DNA from: Heptranchias perlo
Taxonomy: Eukaryota
Length of the DNA: 64,000 nucleotides
Assembly: GCF_035084215.1 (NCBI RefSeq)
Contig: NC_090331.1
Coordinates: 54,870,001-54,934,000, forward strand
Direction: 5' to 3'
The notes under the pieces were generated by a model that was not told the DNA's origin, made no database searches, and was given only the letters and a program-made list of their open reading frames with translations. Shown here piece by piece: positions 48,680 through 60,070 of this stretch. The first letter of the stretch is position 1. Every line of letters begins with the position of its first letter. The position numbers were made by a program, and so were the translations under genes.

Positions 48680-50619
48680 TTGGTCATCCGTATCTTAGCG
48701 ACAGATCTGAAAATCCCACAGACTGTGTAAAAAGTGTTTTGTCTATCTAGTTGAGCCTGGTCTATTCGAAGCACGGTCCATGTTTCTCAGTGTTGTACTA
48801 TTTCAGAGCAATCCTGTGTTTAAACAACTGCCTTTTATCTAGAGACTGTCCCTGATTTGCTGCTATTGGGTAACATTAAATAGAATTTAAACTGATGTCA
48901 GCACGTTGGTTGTATTACGTTAAAACTTTGACAACGTTATTAAAATATACTTGTTTTATATAAAAATAAAACACGCATATTTGAACATTTTGTTTTGTCG
49001 TGCAACGTGTAAAGAATATTATTGTCAAATGCTGTGTTTCTGCTGTACTGTCAGTGTATTATTTAGAGCTCATAAATATAGAGAAATGCAAACCCATTGT
49101 CGTTTTATTCAGTTTTTATGCCGTTTACTCTGTAGAATATAATACAAACGCCACTGACTGTACATCATTCAGTTATTTTCCAGTGGAATGACACTATCAT
49201 TGTGCTGATAAAGGGTGTCAAGCCAATGTAATATTTATTTAAAATATTTCAAGTAAATTTAGCAGAGCGTCACGGGAAGGTATATTTCTCGAATAACTTA
49301 AACGTGCCATTTAACTATAGGCATCTTGACTAAGTAACGCAAGTAAATAGAAAGGTGTTCAATTCTGTTGCTTTTCCAATGACTGTGGGCATCTTTTCTG
49401 TGCGTTTGGAACAATCTGAAGCAAATTTATTTTAGTGAGAAGTGAATACGACCTGCTTAAATGCGGTGTTTATTGCGTCTATTTGAATACTGTTATAAAG
49501 AGGCGGCTATTTGGACCATTACATAAGTCAAACCCAATGTAATTAATGGAGTAAGAAAATATAATGTCACAGTAATTTCTCACTTACTCCCAGATCCTCC
49601 ACAGTATTTAATAGCTACCACAGATGTAACTGTAAAAATTATACAGTGCTGCAAAAGTCAAAAGACTATAATTAAAAGCAGAAGTTCCACTCATGTACCG
49701 GCCAATATACTCTGTTTGTACCTCACTTTTGCTCGTTATGATAACAATAAAAAGTTTATAAACATTTCAGATTTGCTGCTAGTGTAAAAGTCATTTATGA
49801 TTCGATAAATGCTGTTTGGATGTAAACAGTTAGTCATTTTAAAAGGCACTGCCAAGCAATATATTCCGTTAGACGGACAGATATATTGTCTCCGCTTTAT
49901 GTTTAAAACAATCAGCATTTTTCAATGGATGCTAATATTAAGATGACCAAATGAGGATTTCGTTCAAGTTAGCTGATCAACACTCTAATATTGACCTACT
50001 GAAGGAAAAAGATCATTGGCTTGTATAAATTACGAAAACAATTCTGAAATCTTGGACTTTCTGGATTGTGGTAATTAGCAACTATCCACTAAACACATCC
50101 TGACACACTTGCGTTTTATTGATAACGTTAGTCAGAGTTTTTGGTGAAACAAAAACGTGTTTTAAACAATGTATTTTGCTTATTTCCTTTGTATATGAGT
50201 TGGTGTCTGCTGGAAGGAAGTTGTTGTCCGTCTCGTAAGCAGATCTCTATAGACTGTGTTGTAAGGTGTTTTGTAGTTTCTAGCTTATTGTTTGAACAAT
50301 AATGTGTTATTTATATTATTCACCGGTATCCGACTCGTAGCACGTTAGAATGATTCATAGTTACAAATACATTTGGTACATTGGTTAAAGGTATAAAAAT
50401 AAATAACAATGAAGTATATACATATTACTGGTAAAGCATTGGATGCGGATTAACTATAACTGTGCACATAAATGACCACAGAGCACAGGCAACTTCGTAT
50501 TATTTCACGTCACTGTCACATTATTGTCTCGGACTGGAAACAATTGGGTGCAGTGGTAAAAGTAGAACTTCATTCTTTTTGGAGAAGTTCTCTGAAAGGT
50601 GCTCCGAAGGTGTTGAATT

Positions 50620-50790
50620 GCAACACGATCTATTGCCACAATTCTACAGATAGTACTTTAGAACAGGAAGGAATGGGGTACAATAAACCCCCACAACTGG
50701 CTAGACGTCTGACCTTAATGACTTTATGGTTTTCTTCGTGTAATTACGGGCTTCTTTGAAATCAGCCAATTCAGATGTTTTTGTCTGTTG
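50620..50790 (+). promoter_or_regulatory. HoxD paralogue of the Hoxc8 early enhancer
   Basis: GAATGGGG...CTGGCTAGACGTCTG...TTAAT..CTTTATGGTTT...CTTTGAAATC...ATGTTTTTGTCT, colinear with the recalled mouse Hoxc8 early enhancer and in the same Hox9-Hox8 interval. Confidence 0.75.
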
Positions 50791-53700
50791 GTAATAAACA
50801 AAATGCAGACACTAGTTAAAGGGGCGAAGACAATTAATTCCGCCTTGTCACTTGAGTCTGGACAAACCGTTATCTATTCCCAAACATATATGTACGAGAG
50901 ACAATGAAGTATACTTCGCTATAAGGCTGATTTATATAAAATATTAGTCAGCATGTTCAGTCAAGTAACAATAACGCGGGAATTTGTGGGCTTACTTAAT
51001 TAACTGAAAAGACATGAGATAGAAAACAACAAAGACGTCCAAAGAAATAATACTTACGTGGAATATATTTTGTTATGCAAGATGCAAATGATTTGTACGC
51101 TAATAAGTGTAACAGATTGTTTAAACGACGAGTCGAAACTAAATTGAACACAGCTAGAAAAATCACTTAATTTTGCATTTGTGTTTTACGAATTTATTTA
51201 ATTTTGCATCTCCATATAAATATTCCTTATTTTGCACACATACGCATACAAACGTATTCATCAATTCAAAAAAGATTGTAACAGCAGCAAATGGAGGACA
51301 CCCAGCGATACTTCGTCTCATCTTATAGAAAGACATATTTAGATCCTTTCCAGATATTTAATAGCCGCTAATGGATTCCCCTCTCTGTGTCTCTGTGCTT
51401 CTTTCTTTGTCTCTGTATACACGTGCAGTCATACATATCTCGCTCTCTCTCCCTCTTTCTTCGGATTAGTACATCCGAATATATGTATTTCTATCTTAGA
51501 TTGGGCCCTCAATTAAATATATAGGCAATCAGCCGATATGACTTACATTTGTTTTGGACAGCCATATCAGAAGAATAATATAAATAATTAGTCGACTGCT
51601 TTCTGCCCAAACCCAAGTGTAAAAAGTTTCAAATTATCATCTAACTTTTGTACCTCTGTAGTTTCGCTGGAGAATGCTGAATGCTATCTTTAAATAATGC
51701 ATAGAGCATATGAGACAAGATTCAGTGTCAATTCTGAATCATTTCATATAAAACCATTTCTAACATCAATTGAGATCTAATGGAGCTCCTTTTACATCTA
51801 GTTTCTTCTCAAGCATGATAACTGGTTCTTAAGTGATTCTGCACAAAAGTGAACCAAAGTAGCCCCAGTTGCAGTTCTGTCGTAGTTCATATCAGTGTCC
51901 ACTCGGGGGTGCTGTCGCTCCATTATACCAAATTGAAAACCTGCAAGTGACAACAGAAACATAGCAAAACAGTTAAAAGGAAAGTATTAATTTTTCATAG
52001 CGCCTTTTCATTTAGAAAACATTAAAAATAGTAATAGTTGAAGTCTGATTCTTAGGAGGAATTTCAAACTACAAGTTTAATATTACAATTCACTAAAACG
52101 TTCAAAATCATAGATGTATGAACATGTGCTCGCTTGAACGTAAAAAGTTCCATATAACTTTATGGAAATTCATTGTTAAATAGTTACATAGTACAGACTT
52201 TCGATCTTAAAAAATCTGTAAGAAAAAAATGACGGATTTTTCATAACAATTTACACCTGTTATAGATAGTTGTAATTTCAATTTTCACAAAAAAAATCCA
52301 TATTTGTGCCTGCATTCGCCTTTGTTCTAGCGATGTTCATTCTCCGAAACTCTAAAATATGATGTTTCCACAATTAATGGAGTCGTGCACTACGGTCACA
52401 ATCGGCGCGGTACGCGTTAGATAACGTGGAGTGGGATTGGAGAATAAGCATAAGTCTGAGATTTTTTTCTTTCTCAATTTTAATAAATTACGTTATTCAG
52501 AATCGAAAACTGAAAATGTGCAAACTATTGTAGCAATATTATTACAAATAGTAAACATTTCGAGCTAATCTTAGTGAAATGCATAATTCCCAACTTTAAC
52601 TGGCGTAAACATTTCTTGATTTTAACGTTCATTTCAGTCATGAAAACAAGAATCAAAAATATAGAGCCAAGTCTACGATTAAAAAAAATCCGCTTTGCGT
52701 CCAATTTTACAATCTTCCCCTTAAAATACTTCTTTCAAAACATGTAATAATTTTCGAGGATTTCTGAAACATTTTTCAAGCGTTCGAATGCTCTTAAAGT
52801 AAAATACAATAAACTATACTATACACATTGTGATAATTTCTCACAGACTTGCTGCATTCACATGTCCCGGAATAAATCGATTACAAATATATAATTGTTT
52901 CAGAGCGATAAAGTTAATAAAGTCTAGAGTTAAAATTGGAATTATAATCTTCACAATGTGATTCGAGATGTCTTTTCAACAAAAAAAAACGTTCCCATGA
53001 TTTCGACAGAAATGCTTGCGGCGGGTTTTTTTTAAAAAACTATACAGACGCCATTGTTTTATATTAGATCCGGACCCGGCAACATTTCACAGTTACAAAT
53101 AAATACCATACGCATTTATTTATCGCTGATCACTGGGGGGATTATTCAATAAACCTGATAAGGGTTAATTTGTGCTTTTCGAATTTCTGGTGTATCTCCC
53201 TTCGATTAGAAGCGGCTTTGCAACCGTTTCAGTTGACGAAACAAAAAGAAAAGTAAAACAGAGCTAACAAATAATTTAAATTAACAACGATTTGTATATA
53301 TAAACTCTCCAGCCTTGCGAGTCAGATTTTTTAAATGGGAAAATGACTTGAATGGTTTGTACAGAAAGTCCACCAGAGAGATCTTTAAGTAAAGATATAG
53401 ATTTATCCTTTCATAGTAACTTGCTTAAATGAAGCAAACATTTCTGCAAAATACCTATTTTGCCGAGAAGAAAATGCACATATGCAAATTTGTGCAGAAC
53501 AGAATTAATATGCAACCTTATATTTGTATTATATATGAATGCAAATGTTCATCATACTGAAAAGTACAGTTTGCCGAAGGTTTTAACTGTGGCTATGATC
53601 AGTGCCTCTGCTCTGGAATGATTCAGTTAACACTGGGGAAAGGGCAGATTTTATTTCCATCTCAGTGTATAAATTAATGAACATTATATTATAATTACAC

Positions 53701-54693
53701 AATGATAACGCGTTTAAAATTGCGAATTTTCGGCTGACTGTTTATGTTTTCTGTAAACAAATGAAAAATTATTGAAAAAGAATATAGTTGCACCAAAGTC
53801 TAGCACATATTGGACTAAAACAACTCATTTTGGTTAATTTTGAATTAACATACGCTGCATACATTGAAGCATAGGTGGAATTCTTCTGGTTAGCAGTCAG
53901 TGAAGACATTTCTGATTATATTTCCCTGAAGCTTTCTGTGGAGTTGAAACAATCACCGGAGCGTGAGGAACAAAGTTCACTGGTCAATACAAGTTTAACC
54001 AGATCAAGCACTCTTTTCGATTAAACTTTAAACGCAGTCGCTTGAAGGAAAAAAAATGGGATTCAGTTTATTCATGAGCGATTCAGCTATCAGGAACAAA
54101 AGCTAACCAGCTCGGGAACTGTGCGCCTATCATCTCAAGCTTGCTAGCTCTCCTGATGCTGGAGTTTTTGTTGAAATTTCGACCTCGAGCTACAAACTTT
54201 GTGTTTGCCTACATATCCGAGCTGCTTTTCTCGGTAATGACGTCTGCCAGGGGTGAAATGATGGAAATTGTATTCACCGGCATGATTTTCATTAGGTAGC
54301 AATTAACCTCGAAGTTTCAGTCAAGCGAGCCTATTTTTTATCTGAGGCAAGGGTAAATGTTTCTTCCCGTTCTGTGTAGAAGGGATATTTCATACAGTAT
54401 ATTTAATGCTGTTTGACACAATTTTTTTTTAGCAAGGATCAATTTCTGTTCATCTGCTTCCTACTTAAACCCATAACTGTAACAACTATTGCTGATTGAC
54501 GACAGTTTATATGTAAATTATAGGAGTATCTATGCGCCAAATATAATTATGTATACAAATATAAATACATATATTTATAAACCAGATAGACAGAGTGACA
54601 GACGCAAGCATATTCTACAAGATTTACAGAAACAGCCCGTACAAAATAATCCCTGATCTTAATTCTAAGCTTGGCCTTTTAGCCCTCTGGCCT

Positions 54694-54711
54694 CCCCCCC
54701 CCCCCCCCCCC
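54694..54711. repeat. Poly-C run (18 nt) upstream of HoxD8
   Basis: Direct reading. Confidence 0.85.
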
Positions 54712-55232
54712 ATTTTCGACTATGTCTTGACCTTGAGACCAGTCTCACCTTGTTGTGTTCTAAAATCTAATTGCTGTGCTGTAACCGGGCCAGCTTCATT
54801 TCTCTTCAGTTGAGTGGCGCACGTATTTCATGTTTTCTGTGATGCGGCCCGCCTAATTGTAATGAGAGTGTGCTGAATATATTAATCCGCATGTTATCTT
54901 TTTTCCCGATCTGTATGCCCTCTACTTTTTTAAAAAATATATCATTTCCCAGTACAGACGTGTTGCCCGGGAAAGCGGTAACTGTAAACGGCAGTCAAAT
55001 ATCTCCTCAGCTGGCTTAGAACTGATCTGCGGGTTCAAAGTGAAGCAGCCAAAGCAGTGAGGCAGTTGTGTACCTACAGTATTAGCGAGTATGTTCCACG
55101 GGGCATCAGTGCACACTGGACCTGCATTGCCATCATGAGCACAGTGTAGACCGGGGAACCCAATAACATCACTCCAGTATTGTTTAACATTTATTTTGTT
55201 GGTATTCATTGGCCATTCTAGAGTCTGCACAG

Positions 55233-55659
55233 ATGAGTTCATATTTTGTAAATCCATTCTATTCCAAGTACAAGCCAGGAGAAGCCCTAAGTCCCACTTA
55301 CTACGACTGCCGGTTTCCACAAGACGTGACCAGCAGACACGCTGTGGTCTATGGTCCCAGCAGCGGCGCGAGCTTCCAGCACCCAGCTCAAGTTCAAGAA
55401 TTTTACCATCATGGGACATCAGCACTTCCTAATACTGGCTTTCAGCAGAATCCTTGTGGAATTACGTGTCATGGTGACCCCTCTAAATTTTACGGATACG
55501 ATAACTTACAAAGACAGCAAATTTTTACGACACAGCAAGAGGCCGATCTGGTACAATATCCTGACTGTAAATCGTCTAGCAGTAATATTGGCGAAGAACC
55601 AGAGCACTTAAATCAGAACTCGTCTCCTACTCAAATGTTTCCCTGGATGAGACCTCAAG
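55233..55659 (+). CDS. hoxd8: Homeobox protein HoxD8, exon 1
   Basis: [14 protein letters not shown]...[29 protein letters not shown]...QMFPWMRPQ; donor CAAG|gttgga, phase 1. Spliced product 239-240 aa. Confidence 0.94.
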
Positions 55660-55882
55660 GTTGGATATATTAAAATTAGCTTCCATCTCACGTTTTACTG
55701 CTCAGTTATACTGCCAAGGTGTTTAACGCTATCTATAATAGTCTGCTTTTGTAGGAACACTTTCCTTATGTAGCATTACCGAGCAAAGCAAAGATCGTTA
55801 CCGTTATTCCTAGTTTGTCGTGATTTGATTGTGTGCATTTTATCCGATATTTACTGTCTCTTGTGTTTCTCGTGTTCATTAG

Positions 55883-56178
55883 CAGCGCCCGGTAGACGCA
55901 GAGGGAGACAAACTTATAGCCGATTCCAAACTCTGGAGCTGGAAAAGGAATTCCTGTTCAATCCGTATCTGACTCGAAAGCGAAGGATCGAGGTTTCACA
56001 CGCACTGGGACTGACTGAGAGACAGGTGAAGATTTGGTTTCAAAATAGGAGAATGAAATGGAAAAAAGAAAACAACAAGGACAAATTTCCAACCTCTCGG
56101 AATGAGGAGGAGGAGGAAGAGGTCAAGAAAGAACAGGAAGAGCCCGAGCAGGAGACAACAGCAAAAGAGACCAAGTAA
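55883..56178 (+). CDS. hoxd8: Homeobox protein HoxD8, exon 2
   Basis: Tandem acceptor TAG|CAG|; encodes [70 protein letters not shown], followed by an acidic tail. Confidence 0.96.
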
Positions 56179-56569
56179 CTTTACCCCCTTTGGCCTCAAA
56201 GCAAAACGTCATTCAGTTTGTGCCAAATCCACTGTTAAACGTGTTGATCAGAATGAATCCTCCAGCACATTGATGGCTAGTTTTGTGTAAACAGTCCACC
56301 TGTTTGTGAAGTTCTTTAGAGCCTTAATTCGACATTATTTCTAATGAGGCCTGTGTGCATCAGTTTAACCATTTCAATGACACCCTGACAGATATAGTAT
56401 CAACCGTCGTATAGAATTTTGCAACTCCCTTTAAAAGTGGAAAGCAGCAAAATCGCAGAAGAAATAGCCATTTGAATAAAGATTTTATTGCTTTTTAATA
56501 GGACGAAAATATGAAATGATATCGTGATTGATTTAGTTTGTTGATTTTATTTAGCATTTTGTGATTATA

Positions 56570-56590
56570 CCCAACAACATGAACTGCCTA
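56570..56590 (+). promoter_or_regulatory. miR-196 complementary site in the HoxD8 3'UTR
   Basis: CCCAACAACATGAACTGCCTA versus the miR-196a complement CCCAACAACATGAAACTACCTA: one G:U pair and one missing A. Confidence 0.88.
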
Positions 56591-57199
56591 ATAGAATGGA
56601 TTATTTGGAATGTATTGCGAACACACTTAATTAATGATAGAAAAAAAAAACGTGCACTTGCGATGTGTCTTAATTACTGTGCGTGTAAACTAATTGGTGG
56701 TGTATTGCGGCTGGAAATTCTCAACCATTACCTATTCTCCGATACGCATATTATAAACACAAGCAAAAAAAATGACAAGGTATTCCGCAGCAATAGTCAC
56801 TTTTTATGATGGTCGAATGTGATTAAATTAATAAATGTTGATTAAACCTAACTGTGTACTTGTTTCATTTTACAACCTGAATCCCAAAGAAAATAAAAGT
56901 AATGTGTATGACAGAAAACCATTATGCTCTTAGTTAGATTATCAGCTGAGATTGCTAGATTACTGTTTTGTCAGCGTTCTGTAGCTGTTTCAAGTAAGGT
57001 TAAATCAGATGTACTTTATTTTTGTATGTCTATCCCTACGGCCACAAGGTGTACATCTGCCATACTGCGCCGCATTTCTTTTCGTTGGAAGCAAAAGCCT
57101 GAAGATGGCGTAATTCTTTATATGTAGTTATAAAAGTTAATGATATAGCCGATGATTATAATATTAGTTTATCTATGCCCTAAGTTAAATGCCTTTCGA

Positions 57200-58530
57200 G
57201 TGACCATTGGCTACTCAGATCACATGCCTGGCTCATGTGTGGCTAAAACGACGCTGTAAAAGTTAGTGTTTGGTGTTAAACTGCGGTCTACTGTGCACGT
57301 ATATCAGCAAATCTCGTAAAACCGACAATAAAAGTTCTAATACTACAAATCACTCGACAAACTGTGAACTTCTGGGTTCCAATTTATTCTTTTCTGGTTT
57401 AAAGGCTGGGGGCGAAAGTAGAATCTTCAGTTGTCGAATAACCTTCCATCTTTCCATTAAACTTTACTTAAGCAGCCATCACGCCACATCTAAACTGTAA
57501 CAGGATCAGTGGGCAAGCTGCATATAAATCCCAACCATAGGAGCTGGCAATTTTCTGTCTCCACCTTTTCTTTGCGCACAAAGTACAATGACATGATAAG
57601 CCTGAATAAAGAAAAAAAACATTGATAAGAACAAACAGGAAACAATTAGCAGGAGAAAAAAAGCAAACATTGTACTTCAAATGTTATGCAAACAATCAAA
57701 AACGCGCGATTATTTGCAGAACTAAAGATAACAGTATCCATTTTACCAGCAGACTCCAGAATCCACTCTGATAACACAGCGCTGATGTTAAGATCTCTGA
57801 TTTACGTAACAGTTGTAATCGAATTTAATTATGTACTAAATAACTAGGCGTCATTTTCTCACGATACCCTCATTCTGTCAGGTATAGTTTGCCATATGAA
57901 ACATTAATTAACTAATTCAGACGGACAACAGCTAAGTTTGGAAACTCCAGATTTGTTAACAGAGCTTTATATTGTCTATTTTATGTTTCCTGATCTCAGT
58001 GGCATCATACTTCAATTTAATGCAAATATGTTTTGTGAAATATATTGAATATCATAAACGTGCCCGATTATAACGTCAATAAATCATTTCGGAGAGTAAA
58101 TCAAGTGTAAATAAAGTAATATCAGGATTTTATTTTTGAATTTTCATTCCTGTGCCGAAGGGATGTTCTTTGCACAAACTTTCAGCAATTTTTCACAATC
58201 CTCTCTTGCTTTTTAACCAGATATGTTTTCAGTATGATATGTGATCAGGACTCCTTTTTAGGAAGAATACTTATTTTTAAATTTCATCAAATCTGTTTTC
58301 AAAAAGTTCTAAATCAAAGAATGAAATAAATAAAAAGTTCTTTTTGCATCCGCTGCCATTTACAAATTGGAGGATCAATTACGGGTCCTTACCGCAATAG
58401 GGGCTGTACAACGACGGTAGAGCTGGGCCTTATCAATGGTCTTATTAAATGGCAGGAACCGCAAGTTTGTAGGAACCCCATGTTTTTACTGAAAGAATGG
58501 TGCAAACAACGAAAAGGCTTTTAGTGGAAT
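57200..58530 (+). pseudogene. Putative HoxD7 pseudogene relic
   Basis: CCAAT plus E-box at 57206-57226. Hox7-like 5'UTR (TTTGGTGT...TATATCA...AATCTCGTAAAACCGACA.TAAAA...CTACAAATCA) at 57269-57363. GTG in place of the start ATG at 57364. Degenerate exon 2 GPYRNRGC..TVEL...TER..W at 58384-58530. Position directly 3' of HoxD8. Confidence 0.65.
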
Positions 58531-59909
58531 TAGTCCTTTGACATGGTTGTTAAGTTTCATATATGCATTGATTTTCACAATGAAGATCAAAAATAGTCAG
58601 AAATGCAGCGACATGCATTAAAAGAATGCTCCTTGTGAATCCTTGGTTTCTTTTGGTTATTGAAGCCAGTTAATTTGGTTTTGCTAAACAACCCTCTGTA
58701 GAAATCCCACCACCACACTCCAGACAAACGTTTTTCGGAGCCAGAGTAAGGATAACTTACAAGATTTAATGTTTTATTTATATTGCATTTTATTTGTGAT
58801 CTGACGATTCTAGTTGTTTTACCTTTATCGTAAGTTAAGTTTGAGAACACGGTGCTTAGACATTTGCGTTTCTAGCAGGCGATTCTGTATTTCCTCCGTA
58901 AGATCACTTCAAAGCATTAGACCAGAGACAACCAAGTCTCCAGAGTTAAACCCGCGGGAAACATGGGATTAGGAAGAAATGTGGATATCAAATATCTACC
59001 AGCCATCATCTTTTTTTCCCTAATGAATGGGGCTCCCGTGAATTTAACATTGTGCAATTGTTGCAACATCATGTAACATTAGTTGCCGAGCCCGTTCACT
59101 GCGAGTGAAGCGAACGGTCCTGAATAATTACCGAACGAACTGATTCAAACCATTTACAAGGTCTTTCATTCACGCTGAATATATTTACGCAGCGCCGAAG
59201 CTATTTTATTCATTTCACCCAATTCTTATTGACCACTCGAATGTGTTTTTTTTTACTTTATAGGGTTATTTTCTCCTCTACACTGGAAACACCAGGCTGC
59301 AAAATACAATGTATAACCAGGCGTATAATACAATGTTCCACAGTGATTATAATTTGAAGTAAAATATGTAAATAGGTAGCTACGTTTGCTGATATTTAAT
59401 TTTCACTTTCTCACCTGTGTAGAATGCAACACGGAACATTTATAATAAGTTGACACATTGCTTTTATTATTCATTGTTATTTGAATGAAGGCAGTCGCCG
59501 TAGTTTGATATTTATTTAGTAGCCAAACACGCTTCTGGTTCGTTTGTTGCCTGCTTTTAACTCGGTCATATCGAATGGGCTCAGAAAATCACGTCAAAAC
59601 AAAACGAAGAGGCTGCTTGATTCATAATTGGCAACATCAGATATTGTGAACGCTACACATTTAATTATTTGTAAAAGTCTTTTTCAAAAAAATACGTATG
59701 CTTGTAGTTGACGTACTTAAGACATGAACTTAAAATGTATAGATTATCAAACAAATTGTGGGGCTTTGATTGCTGTATGTGACATGCCCACTGCAGTGGG
59801 AGATATTCCCCTTTATGTTTGTCGTTGCTGCACTTCCGCCTGTATAGTTGGTTAAAGCGTTCGTTACAATAGACATTATAACAAATAGCTGTAGCAAAGA
59901 ACTCGTTAA

Positions 59910-60070
59910 ATGAAACATGGCGCTTGCGAGCTATACTTGCGAAATCCGCAAGGAATTGCTGCGAATTCCTTTTTGTTTGAAGAAAATTTACAACTTTGTA
60001 ATGGACCTTTTACGACGGAGACGGCGCTCCTATTGGCTGGCTTTGGTCACGTGAGTCTAGTAACTGCGTT
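59910..60070 (+). promoter_or_regulatory. Orphan Hox-type promoter/conserved element (resembles the Hox8/7-6 four-cluster sequence)
   Basis: YY1-like AACATGGCG at 59914, AATTTACAAC, TTTTACGAC at 60008, ATTGG at 60032, CACGTG at 60048. No Hox ORF follows; there is a strong donor CG|GTAAGT at 60451/60452. Confidence 0.6.

Noticed and set aside
51990-52025. Possible SINE tail remnant (catagcgccttttcatttagaaaacat)
   Set aside because: Too short and degenerate to call.
54922-55425. 167-aa minus-strand ORF and other antisense or alternate-frame ORFs over Hox exons
   Set aside because: Shadow ORFs of GC-richer coding sequence, with no recognisable domains.
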